Under the pieces are notes generated by a model that saw nothing but the letters and a program-made list of their open reading frames with translations, was not told the DNA's origin and did no database searches. A stretch of 64,000 bases of DNA. It comes from Lama glama (Eukaryota). The first letter of the stretch is position 1, and every line of letters begins with the position of its first letter. Shown in pieces: positions 1 through 12,600 of this stretch. The stretch lies in assembly GCA_028534125.1 (NCBI GenBank), contig CM052816.1:57786001-57850000 (forward strand), read 5' to 3'. Made by a program: the position numbers and the translations under genes.

Positions 1-3000
1 AGCTCCCATTTCAGCCTCCTCTCAGCGTCTTCCAGAGGGCGGTCCTCATGTCCAGTCCTTGTGGATCGCTTCCCTAGAGCTCCTATGCCCTCACCATGCT
101 GGGTCACAGGAAGAGGGCCCAATGTATTTAAAATAGCACATGACATTCACAATGACGATAGCACCTTTAATTATGTGTCTTTACATAATCAAGCATCTAT
201 TCAGTATTTTATTGATTTGACTAATGACAGCGTAATTTTTCCCCAAGGTCAAAGCATCAGCTCAGTCCCTAGACTGTTATTTGGCCTGGCCTCAGGAGTG
301 AGCAGAGAGGTGGACAAACTTCAGGAGCCTGTGAAGAGGAATTTTCTTGCAGAATACTCACTCCCCCCACTGACGTCGCCCTAAAGAGACTGATTCTTTG
401 GCTTGGGCTCTGTTCCCTGACGAAACGCAGAAAGCCGGTCATTATGATCATTGAGCCTGGGACCCAGCAGTGCCTTATCTGAGCTCATCCTAACCTGTCC
501 TCAGAGCAGGTGTTGATGAGAAGGAAGCAGAGAGAACACGAGGACTGTGGCCTGCCGTACAAAGGAATGTGTGTGGGGTCCCTTCCTCCATTCTCCCTTG
601 CCACCCCACAGAGAATAAGAGAAACATCATTTGAGTGAATAATTAACTTTTTCTTAATATTACGTAGAATGTGCATAAAAGCACTTTTACAAACTTTGCT
701 GTTTGTCTTGCTTTGTAACATACTCTAAGCAAAAAATGGTTTGCTTGTTCTATAAATGTGATTTCAAAATTAGGCCTCTAGCTCCTATTTCTACTCAGAT
801 TGCTGCCCCTAAGTCCCTCCACTGCAGAAATTCTGGAGCTGCCACTGTGACTCAGGGCATTAGAGAGAGGGGGACACCCTCCAAGGTGGGAGAAAGCTGA
901 GAGTGGGGAGGTGGGGCCCTAGACAAAGTTGGATCTCCTTTGTAATTTTGCCTGGAGGCAACATACATCATCTCTGAAACCTTCATCATTGGCAAACTTA
1001 ACCCCCAAAATAACTAAATGAAAAATCACTCCCTTCCTAAAGCTTGCATCATGTTTTTTATTCCAATCTGAGTCATGGCAGTGTACTTTGAGTCATCTGC
1101 CAGAATGTAATCAAAGTTTCACAATGCCCTTCCTATGTGAATACTTTCTGTCTTCTCCCTTAAGTTTTATTTTGGCATCAAAATATTCTTTGAAAAAAAT
1201 GGCTCCAGGATCTCTTGCATTCCAGGGATCTCCACACAGTTTTTCGGTCCCTCCTCTGGCCTCCCTCCTCTCTTTGGGGGCCCCCAGCAAGGTCACCAAC
1301 TCCCTTTGTTCTTCCTTCTTCCCTTGCCCATGTGTCACTTTCCTGCCTCCTTTCCTTGCATTATTTTCTCCACCCAAAGCTTCTTCCCCCTCTCAGCACC
1401 CTTCCCGTCCTGAGGGGACCATGACATTCCCTGGCTTGGAAGGGAAGACCCCAGGCTGAGAAGCAGGCAAATGGCTCAGTGCCCCTCAATGTCTCAGGGC
1501 CTCATTTTTCTGTAAATTCAAATAGTTCTCAGTTCATATCCATTTGGATAAAAATCCTACCAGAGTAGAGGTACATTCTACCCTTACACAGAAAGAATCC
1601 TACCATTACATGAAGAAAATTTCTTATTTGAAAGTAATTTCTTAATGTTCACCAGTAGGATACTGGTAAAAAAAAAATGATGCATTTGTTAAAAAGCATG
1701 AGGTGACTAAGTAGTGTTTGTAGAGTAAAGACAGCAATTAGTATAAGAGTCCATCTAGTAGAATCCTTGTTTTTTAAAAAAAATCTATGTTCAATGCTAT
1801 GTGTTAATAGTATGTTGTCTATTACATAGAAGTTTATGAATGGTTAGAAGAAAACCCGAGGGGACGTAGACCACGTGTCATAGTGGTTGCTTTTGGGAGA
1901 GGAGAAGGTGCAGGAAGTGAGGGGGGAATTTTAAATTTTTCCTTTTATGCTGAATTGTTTGAAATTTTTACTAGTATTTCTTTAACAATTAAACCAATCT
2001 GGAATAATTTGAGGGAAGCATCTTCTATATCCTGGGTTAGAGTTTATTGCTATATTTAAAATTTTATAAAGTGAATTATCTTATAATAAGTATTTCCCTT
2101 TTGGTCCCCAATCACAACGTGTCATTCATTCTAAAAAAAAATAAAGTTTTTTTTTAAAAATAAAATTAATTATTTCACTGCTTTGGCCTGTGGAAAAGTG
2201 AGAGCTGAGCTAACCCCAGTTTTTTATTCTGTCCTCAAGTAGCAGAGCCCCTTCACGTCTTCCGACATTTCCCCACCTCCCACATCTCAATCACCCACAG
2301 ACAGCAGGGCCTCGAGACAGGAAATGGGGTTAAAGGCTGAGGTGAAGCAGAGGTATTGAGTTTTCCTTTCCTTCAAAGTCAAAGGATGCTGTTTTACATG
2401 AAAAATTCATTACCCAGGAAACAGGCCCAAAGTCTGCCTCATAGACTGTAGCTTCTGAAGAATGATTTTACCAAGTTAGTTATTTCAAACCTGTTATATT
2501 TGCTGCCAAGCAATTAGATGTCACCTGAAGTTTACTTATCATATGTCACCAAATGAAGTCATTTCTCTCTGAACCTTTTTACTCATGGAATTTCTATGAA
2601 CTTGTTTTGTTTATAGCTAGTTGTAGCATTACATGGGCTGTTAAAGCCATGAGACACACACGGGTGCGCACACAGTCTTCATTCACTACATCCTCCCGGG
2701 ATAACCTGATGCATCTTTGATCATAGATCCCTCCGTGCATCCAGTGCCTCAAGGAGGAAATGAGTAAGAGAAGCTTAGGAATGTGATCTCCTCCTTCTTT
2801 CCTCATTCTCCCACCCAGCCTATTTTAAGGCAGCTGTACATAAACAGGCCTGTTGCCTACATGACTCAGCCTCTGCTAATCCCGGAGAAGGGGAGTTTGT
2901 TTGGCAGAAGAATCAGTCAGCGTCTCCAAGCTCCTAAGCTTTATGGCTGGTGTAGGAATTTTTCTGCCAGGTGTGAAGATTCCATGAAAAGTATTTGTCA

Positions 3001-3655
3001 ATCCTCTGCATTTATGTGGAAATTGGGGATTATTTGTTCCATAATGTTAGTGCATTTCTCGAGGACAGCATCAACATTAAAATCCTCAATCGCCATTATT
3101 TTGAAAAGCGTTTATTTAACCATGAGATATCTTTAGTTATGCATTTTCAGATGGAAGCTGCTTTCCTTCCTGAGGCCTGACTGTCCAGGCCTTGGAGAAG
3201 CCAGCGTCAGGTCAGCTCACTACACCCCTCCTACTCCATACAATGCAGAACAGTTCCCAACCTGGCTTACAAACCCCTCCCTGGCGTACCACAGTAAACA
3301 GACCCTCCTTTGCATGCTCTGGGCCCGGCTCCCTCTCGACCTTGGCATTGGGTGCTGTCCTCCCCGCGCTCCAGCCATGCCATGCTTGCCTCTGCGCCTG
3401 CCTGAGACCACACCACGCTTGCCGGCCTCAGCACTGTGACTGCTCAAGGCGCCACCCCTGTCTGACTTGCCGAAATGGCTTCTCCTTATTCTCATTTATG
3501 GTTTCCTGTTCGTGTCTTTTAACACTTATTATTGTCTATACTTGCTTGCTTATTGTCTTCTTCCCCCGGACTGCAAATTCGTAGTGGGAATGGAGCATTG
3601 GAGAGTGCATTCTGAATGTTCAAGGGCCCCCAAAGCCACCAGAGATCTGGGGAGC

Positions 3656-4138
3656 TGGCAAGGATTCTTTGCTTGAGCAAACTTTAGTCAGCCTCCTGAA
3701 CCTTGGCCTAGGCACGTCTGTGCACATCCCTGTGAAACCCAGTTTTCGCAAGAACACTGCTAAGTCAGTTTGACCAGAACTTTTCACCCTCACGATCTGA
3801 TCACCCTCAATATCTAAACAGGTTCTTCACCCTCAACCATCTCCTAGGTGATGTCTGATCCCCCTGGCCTGTCTTCAGTAAGAATCCTGCCTATTATGTT
3901 GATTTAGCCAAAAAAAAGTTACCCCTGATGTTTCTTCTCGGTAATTCTCCATGCACTGACCCCCACCCTACTTTTGGGCTATAAATTCCCACTTTCCCAT
4001 GCTTTTTTCAAAGTTGAGCCCAATTTCACTCCCCAACTGTAATGCCGCACTGCAGGAATCCTATACCTATCATAATGGTCCTGAATACAGTCTGCCTTTC
4101 TATCTTTAACCAATGTCATTGATTTTTTTTCTTTAACA
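3656..4138 (+). mobile_element. ERV1 solo LTR, MER31-like
   Basis: TG...CA ends with a near 4-bp TSD (GAGC/GACC). Motifs CAAACTTTAGTCAG, CTGCTAAGTCAGTTT and ATCTGATCACCCTC are typical of MER31. TATA-like CTATAAAT near 3979. Confidence 0.75.
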
Positions 4139-5639
4139 GACCACAGTTTATAAATTCTAACTATATCATTAGTGTGAGTCCTCATTAGAAAATTTGTCTT
4201 AAAGTTCTTGTTAACCTCTTCAACTTTATTTTATTGAACGATTTGTCAACATTAGTCTAAATCTGTTAACTCTTTTCCAGTTAAGCTACATAAGTAAAGC
4301 TTTTACATCAACATCATGGAAGTGGAATATAGAAAACAGCCAGCTCTGAGGTTCACTTTCCATCAGTATGAGGGGGGCTATAACCCATTTTTATGATGGG
4401 GTAAAGATTAGGGAGCAGACTGGTAAGTGAGACAGGATACAGAAGCATGACTCAGCTCCTAAATCAAAGCTTTTCACAATGACTTCATTATTTTACTTGA
4501 AACAATAGGAGTTTTGGCGCATCTATACTTGAAAATAATAAGGAAAATATTTTAACCCTTTCTTAAAACTTGCTGTGGCAATGCCTCCTTCCATTCATGT
4601 GCATAGTCAGCGTGATTTCTTGTATGTACTCACACAAATAAAAGTATTAGACCAATCAGAGTTTAAATTTCTTTCATTTTCAACAAGAAAAAATTTTATA
4701 TATTTGTGAAGATTTGGTCAACATCACAGATAAGAATTATTATTATTTTCTGGGAACTTGGATTCAAAATATAGAAAATTTAACATGAAGCTATTATAAG
4801 ACATACTTTATATTAGCTACATAGTTACACAGTTTTGAAACAAAATAGCCATGATTGTTGCCACTAACAAAATAGAAGGCCACGACTACCACCACTAATG
4901 GTAAATTTTTTACCGTAAATTAAAAAATCAGCATTCCAGTTTGGACGTATGAGTCTCTGTGGCCTTGGTTAGCATTACAGCATCCCGGAGAGGAGAGACT
5001 CCATCAGTACATGCATAAATGTACTTCAGTGTCTGGAAGACTGAAGATGAAGCCTTGGACTATCGTGAATTCCTATAGGATAAACACCCTCTTGAAAATC
5101 CACTTGACAGCCAACCAGCAGCCCTCTCAGAGGATGCCCCACTGGACCACATGGGACCAAACGATGTTTCCTTGAACTAACATTATTAAAGAGTGCATGA
5201 CTGTGAGAGAATATATTCTAGTTCTAGACCAAAAGAAGATTATCAACTACACAACTGCAACCTGGAGGTGGTGCTATGGTGTGTGACGGGGAATGGGGAG
5301 AAGGGAAAGGGCAGAGGGAACTAACATTCATGGGATGCCTACCTTGTTTTACTGGGTCCTGCAAACTTATTTTAAATAAGAAGAATAACCAAACAACAGG
5401 CTTGGAAAGGGTAACTTGACTACAACCAGTAGCCAACTAGTAGCTCAGAGGGATGGTATTCATCAACCCTGAGCCTGTCTAGTTTGAAGAGCAGTAATAA
5501 TAGTAACAAGAAGAGATCATCAGTATTAAAATAAGTATAAAAGTGCCCTTGTAATAAGACAAATGAGAATGTACAGTTACCTGAGGGAGACGTTCTCCTC
5601 AAGTTCTTTTTTTTTTTTTTCAAACATTCGGTAAATGGG

Positions 5640-6230
5640 TGCTGTTTGGAATCATTTTTCAGTCTTGTGTGAAGGAAAAGAGATAATAAGCTCAATGAGA
5701 AACTATGGGATAAAAAGAGCCTATGGCACATCCTTCTCGACCCTGCCTCCACCCCTGCCCCAGATCTTCCCTCATCAGTACATTTAGATATTGCTCAGCC
5801 TTTTAAGAACAGCTACGGAGACTGCTCTAGTATTTGGATATACAAAATGTGTTTAACCAAACTGTTATTAGTGTGAGTAATTTGCAGTTTTTGCTATTAA
5901 CAGCAAATAAACACTAAGTAAATACCAACAGAAGAATTTCTGGCAGTCTGATCTCTAGGACTGATACTGCTAGGTCAACTGCTTATGCATATTTAAAATT
6001 TTGCAGTACCTACTATGTTCAGGACTGGTGAGTCCCTTTCACCCTTAGCAGCTCTGAATGCTATTTATTGATTTGTTGTCAAACTGATGGGCAAAAAGGA
6101 AAATCTCATTTAAATTTTTATTTTATTGTAATTGTTCCTGAGGTTTAAAACCTTTTCATATCTTTCTTGCCTGTAGGTATTTATTCTGTGAGTTATCAGT
6201 TCACTTCTTTTGTATCTGATTACTTTAGGT
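5640..6230 (-). mobile_element. Highly diverged L1 (L1ME-like) fragment
   Basis: Degenerate antisense L1 ORF2-end phrases (e.g. ttgtcaaactgatgggcaaaaaggaaaatctcattt). Boundaries approximate. Confidence 0.45.
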
Positions 6231-7594
6231 TAACCACCCCCCCCAGGCTAATAAAAATGTTCCTATAGAGTTTTGTGACTTCTTTGAACTAGAGCATTTG
6301 CTGTATTGGTGAAATAGTGAAAATCCATGACCTTCAATATCTTGGAGTCATTTGTGCATTTCAGTTTTTACTGAAATCTCAGGGCAGTAGTTTTCTTGTA
6401 TAACAAGTCGCAATTGCTCCTGCCCTTGTCCTGTTGGCGTGGACCCCAAACTCCAAATTTCCATGAGTCAATTTAATCTTTTTAAAAAGAGCCATTTGAA
6501 ATGGCCTTGAGGAATGCTCTGGGCTCCACATCTCCATCTTCTATTTATGGGTGGACTTATGGTTTTCTGGGTAGGAGACACAGATTGTCTTTTGAACGTG
6601 GCCTTTCTTCCTGTATAGACTTCACAGTTTCCTGTCAGCAACCAGAAGAACTTGTGCCACCAGGAGTCCAAATTAGTCCACATGTCTGTGCCAACTAGCA
6701 TTGGAATGAAGCATATCAGACTTGTCCCCAACATGCATCACACTTAGTCTCTGAAAAGAAAGAAGTATGTTCTCCTAGGAACTGTGGCACAGACTGCTTT
6801 CTGGGTCATCTTGCGGTGGGGGGAAGGAAAAAAAGGTGAGGAATTTAAAATACAGATGTAAGGAGCCATTGGAATCACAGATGGGGATGTTTAGAGATCT
6901 TAGAATTATGAATTTGGAATGAAAATGCCCTTTTGATGAGGCACAAACCACCTTCTCCTTTTATGGGTGAGACATAGATGGGTCACGTGAGCCGTCCAAG
7001 CTTGCCCAGCCAGTGAGTGGCAGCGCTGAAATGCAGGTCTCCTGACTTTTGGTCCACAGTCTGTTTCTTCCAGGCTGCCTCCTTTTCTGGTCTAATTGGA
7101 GGAAGAGATTTTACTTGGAAGATTTATATATTGTTCATTCCAAAAGTTACTTGAGTCATCATCTGTCACAAGGAAGAAAGCTGAGTCTCAGAGAGATGTG
7201 GTGACTTGCTTGGGGTCACAGGACCAGTGGGTACACACCAATCACAGGGCACAGATGGCATGTCTTTATTGCCAAGGAGGATTCTCTCTTCCAAGTCACC
7301 CTGGTATTGCCCACCTGGGATGCTCTGAGTCTTCAAAGCAGGTGGAAACATTTAGCAAGTGCCAGACTGCGGTGGTTGCCCTAAGAAGTGAGGTAGGAAG
7401 AGGTTCCCTCCTGCCGATGCTCTGAGAAAACGTTGGTCTGTCCTTTAAAGTCATCTAACCCTGCACCTTGTGTCTTATTGAAAAGAAGTAATCCCTGGGG
7501 CTCTCTTGGTTTGTGACTTGTGGAATAATGTGTACCTTCAGAGTAGGTATATTTGTATTTTTCTAGTAGTAAAATATCTCACTGTCTTCCTACT

Positions 7595-8150
7595 GTTTAG
7601 GTTGGGTTCTGTTTATAAGGAATACTGATGTAAGTTAGCTTGAAACAGGGGATTTTATTGTAGGAACTGAGATAGCTCCAAAGACTCAGGCGACCTGCGG
7701 AACTGGTCAGCTCCAGGGACCAGCTCTCGCCATCTCTTTCTCACGGCTTCTTGCTTCTCTTTATGCTTCTGCTCAGTTCTCCTCTTTACTAACTGGCTGA
7801 TTCTGCCTGTTAGACATTTTTAAACTTTCTTAACTCTGACTTGCTCATGGCTTTCACTTGCTATGTCCCTGACTCTCCCTTAGGGCATCCTTACACTTTT
7901 TACTCTTGTTACCATGGGCTCATTCCTTCTGTGTTTCCTAATTCCAGCTTTGAAAAAGAGAATCTGATTGGCTCAGCTCATATTTTTGCACTAGGACATA
8001 GGTCATAGTTACCCTCCAGATTGGCTGTCCTTTGGTCTGGTGCCCATCCCTGTACCACTCAGATGTGCCCAAAGAAGGAGTCTATCATGTGGTGAATCAC
8101 CTGCTAAATGAAGGGTCTGTTGGTGGGTCAAGTTCTTTCAAAGGGGCTGA
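7595..8150 (-). mobile_element. MaLR LTR, old MLT1 (J/K/L-like)
   Basis: GAGAATCTGATTGGCTCAGCT and GGTGCCCATCCCTG motifs; poly(A) signal on - strand (TTTATT ~7654). Boundaries approximate. Confidence 0.55.
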
Positions 8151-8599
8151 GGCATCGTAAACACACCTAATGCATCTGCTTTTTTAAAAAAATTAATGTT
8201 CAAGTATCATGGAACTAAAATTGTTAATTGGCATCTTTTGTAGATTTGGGGAGAATTATAAAAATGTCTTATTCAGAAACTTGTTTGACTGTCTAACACT
8301 GAGTCCTGGCAATAATATAATTTCCCATCCGTGGACTGGTTAGCTCTTTTCCAAGTATTTGTATTGGGTTCCACTCCCTTGAAACTGACCTATCAGTGTG
8401 TCTCTGGCAGGGAACAAACCCATGCGCCTTGGCCTCTGAGCTCTGTTCTGAGAGGCTCTTGTGACCTCTACATTCCTGACATGACCATTCCTTGATAACA
8501 ACTTTACTGTACCTAATCCTTCGTCTCATGTATAAACCATATTTTTATGGCCCATTGATAGAGATTAGTTGATGTAGGAGTTGACATGCAGAAACAAGG

Positions 8600-8765
8600 A
8601 ATTAACATTTACTGAGCATCTACCACGAACCTGCTGTGAACACTCTCATTTTATAGATGAGGAAGCAAGGTTCAGAGAAGGTAAGACACTTGCCCAATGA
8701 GACACAGCAAGCAGGTTGTAGAGCTAGAATTTAACCTAAAACTGCCTAATTCCAAATCCCACTCT
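8600..8765 (-). mobile_element. MIR SINE
   Basis: MIR core CTCATTTTATAGATGAGGAAGCAAGGTTCAGAGAAGGTAAG-ACTTGCCCAA. Confidence 0.75.
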
Positions 8766-11700
8766 TTGTATCATACCTTGGAGCTGGTGGGTGAGAAGAG
8801 TGATAGGAGGAGAGGATATTCCAGGTGAAAACAGTGGAGACTATCACAGGTAAAGGTGCGCAATATAGACCGGCAGATAGAAAGCGGTGCAGAGACTGTT
8901 GCCTGGGGTGGCAGATTCCTGCTGGAGATGGAGGGAGATTAAACGTCAGAGGCAGCCAGCTTCTTGCACAATATAAAGGCCAGCCTAGAGTGTAACTGAC
9001 ATTTTTGGAGGCCTTGGGGAGTCACTACAGGCAGGCGTGATGTGGCTGAGGCAGCTGTTTAGACTAGAAGGATTAGCCTGGAGACAGGTGTCAGAAGGAT
9101 TGGACTAGGAAAAGACTCGAGCTGATTCAGCACGCGCAGACATGGGGGTCCCTGTAATCCTGGGAAATATCTCACAGCTGGCTTCATTGTCTCAGGCAGG
9201 GACCCCTTTTCAAATTCTCTACCCCCTCATGTTCTCTCTGACAGTCACAAGCTTGAACTGTCAATCCTGTGGGAACTGAGCTCTGCTACAAAGCATCGCC
9301 TTTGATGGAGAGAAATGCTGTTCCTCTCTTACCATCTATCCTATTTGAAGCTTCCAAATGTTGCACTTTTTTGATGTTTAAAAACAGAACTGCTCCAAAG
9401 GGTAGTGAGCATGGGAAGCTGAGGCTGTGGTCTAAATTTCCCCTGAAAGTCTTAACCGCAGGTAAGATGGTGTATATGTATCAATCATACCATTTCCACA
9501 CTCGGTCTCTGTTCCTGTCACTCCAAGTGTGAGAGGAGATAGACAACTGAGATAAAGGAGAAGTTCCTGGACTTTACCTTCTATTTCTCTTTTTTCTTTT
9601 CCTTAGTAAAATTGCCATGAGATTACTTGTAAGAATTTTCAGGCAGTTGGGCTAAGCTACTTGTGGATTTGTCTTGGGAAGAGCAAGGAATCAGTAAATT
9701 TAATTTTCTTCCCTGTGTTTTGCAGCTATTGAGGCTATTTATATAATTTGAGTATGCCAATACATAGATAAATAACCTTGGTACTGAAACATGTCTTTCT
9801 GTCACTAGAGATTAAGTATCAGGTCTGGAGGTGGGTTAGTTTGTCAGTTTTATTAGTGAGAAGACTGAAGAAGAGAGTTTAATTCCTAAACCCTGAGGGG
9901 TCAGTAATAATACAGGTGGAAACCCAGTGGATGAAAATGGTGACAGGCTGAGCTGTCTTTTCCTTTTGTCCCAGGCTGAACTTGGAGCCTCTCTTTCTTA
10001 TAGCTGAAGTCATAAAGCAAAATTACAACCTTGACAAAAGAGGAAGAAGTTCTCTGTGCAAACGCTAAACAGGTGATTCCCCCAATCCAATGAAATATTA
10101 ATAAAGCCAAATCAAAAACTTTAATTGGCTGCCCTCAATGCTTGAACACACCATGCTAAGAGCAAACACTGAGTAATTCTCCTTAGTTTAGGGACAGAGA
10201 ATTTGGGCGCTGTCCTGGTAACAGTCTGCCTTGAAGCAGAGGTGAGTTGTTAAAATTTTATATTCCATTTAACCACCCCAAGAGCACACTCTTTACCCAT
10301 TGGTTTCTTGGCTGAGTGCTAAAGTCAATTCATACTTTCTCCAGTGCTTAAAGCATAGGCCATTAGATGTTTCAGACAACACAACACCCACGGATTCCTG
10401 AAAAGGCCACATTTTCAGGGGACTGTGTGGATGTGAAAGCAGGCCCTGGCTATCAGGTCACGGGACTTTAGTGTCAGGTATGGATGAAGGCCAGACATTG
10501 GGTGATCCTTAAACCAAGGCCTTGGAGTAGTCTGGTAGCTACGATTACCATGTCCGCCTCTTGGTCCCGTCACAGCTAGATTGGGGGGAAATAAGGGTTA
10601 GGAGAGTTTTAAGTGGAAATCTGTATATCCAACAGAATGGAGTTGATCAAGGCAAGCTTTGTGCACAGTCCTGCTGGTGTCTAGTTCTCATCTTGGGGAG
10701 TCATGGTGGTCCCATCTATCTTTGTTTGCATCTCTGGGAATTCTGGGATCTGAGGCAGCCTGGCCAGGGTGCACACATGTTGACAGGTGTTTAAGCTCCC
10801 TGGAATACAGTAGGAACTTCAAGATTCTTAAAGAGAGGAGACTGTGTCTGTGCCCGGCCTCTCAGCAGGAAGAGAGGTGAGGGAGGGACAGAGCTCATAT
10901 TCCCCATCGCATTCATTTTTTAGAGTCAAGGCATGCTTTTGAATACAAGAAAGATCTCTGTCTTCCTGCCCAGGGAACTAGTGAATTCCTACACAGAGGC
11001 TGCCTCAAGGGGCATTAGAAGTCTGTGGTCACTTAAGTGTCAGATGATTCAAGGTCATTTGAAAGAATTTTATTTGCTGGGGTGGGACATGGGGTACAAA
11101 CCCTCTTGTTTTGACAGAAGAGGCAGGGCAGGGACTGACTACAGGAGAACTGGGGACAGCAGTAAAGAGTGAAATCATTTGCTGAGAAGTGGAACGCTCC
11201 AGACGCAGTGGCAAACACTCTGGGGAGATACCAGGGATCACAGGGAAAGGGAGGGGACTTGGGGTTTAGAGTTACAGTAATACAACCATCTGGGAGTTCA
11301 GAGCCAAATACCTCCACGCCCATCATCCAGGCTCTGGGTATTACCAAGGCCTGTGTGGCCTGAAAAAATAAGGGTTTCTCAATATTCAGTAAAACATTGG
11401 CTACTTTTAAAATGTCACCATTTCCATCAAAGTTTTTTGGTATGAAGGGCATGGGAAGGTGAAGACAAGCAAGGAATTGGCATGGGTGCTATGCTAGCTT
11501 CTGGGGTGGGAGACAGAGAAGGGAGTCCAGGATTAGCTCTTGGGGTCAGAATTGTCCCACTGTTTGGAAGGATGACTTACAGGCCAGACACAGTAAAACA
11601 ATATTAGAATATCTGATTCAGGGTCCAGTGATACTCTCTGAATTTGTCCGATGTAGGCAATAGCACCATGAGAACCATCTCACTTTTCCTCAGGCTAGTT

Positions 11701-11874
11701 CCCGAGAAGGTCTGCCTTAGTTACCTCCTCAGTTCAGGGGAAGGAGAAGTCCTAATTTGGTAAAACCAGCCTTCCTTCCCGATAGCTCCTGTGAACTGAG
11801 ATCAGTCAAGAACCAGAACCGACCACATGGGAGGGATCTCTTTATTGATACATATACAACCATTTACAGTGAGT

Positions 11875-12449
11875 ATATTGTTTACCTATTGATCCGTAAT
11901 GAATTACCCCCAAACCTTGCAACTTAAAACAACAATAAAAGGGGAAGAGGAATATAACTCAGTGGTAGAGCACATGCTTAGCCTGCGTGGGGTCCTGGGT
12001 TCAATCCCCAGTGCCCCCATTAAGAAACCACCACCACCACCATAATAAGCACTTACCTCACACAGTTTCTGTAGGTCAGGAATCTAGGAGGGGCTCAGCG
12101 GCTCCTCCTGAGGTTGCAGTCAAGGACTGGGGTCATCTGAGGGCTTTGCTGGGCCAGGGGCTCAGTTTCCAAGACGGCACAGTCACATGTTGGAAGGAAG
12201 CCTGCTTCCTTACTGCATGGTCTTCTCCATAAGGCAGCCTGAAGCGTCTTCTTGACAGGATGGCTAGCTCCCCTCAGAGCAGATGCTCCAAGAGAGAACA
12301 AGGCGGAAGCCTCAGTAATTTTTATGACTTAGTCACATAAGTCACATTCTGTCATATCTCTGATATCCCATTGGTCACATAGGATACACAAGGGAGTGGA
12401 TACCAGGAGGTGAGAGTCTTTGGGGGCCTTCTTGGAGGCTGGCTACCAC
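11875..12449 (-). mobile_element. MaLR LTR (MLT1F/G-like), interrupted by a SINE
   Basis: AATTACCCCCAAA...CTTAAAACAACA, CACAGTTTCTGTAGGTCAGGAATCTAGG, terminal TTGGAGGCTGGCTACCAC. Confidence 0.75.
11941..12048 (+). mobile_element. tRNA-derived SINE (camelid vic-1-like), diverged copy
   Basis: A-box/B-box-like TATAACTCAGTGGTAGAG...GGTCCTGGGTTCAATCCCCAG; tail has decayed to (CAC)n. Confidence 0.8.
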
Positions 12450-12469
12450 GAAGAGCTACCACCTACTAA

Positions 12470-12600
12470 GAGCCTACTATGAGACAGGCACCTTGCCAAG
12501 CATTTTACATACAATAACCCCTCAGGGTTCTTGTTTTCTTATTATCTCCATTTCACAGGTGAGGAAACTGAGGCTTTGAGAGGGTAAATGACATCCCAAG
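12470..12600 (-). mobile_element. MIR SINE
   Basis: ATTATCTCCATTTCACAGGTGAGGAAACTGAGGCT core. Confidence 0.75.
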
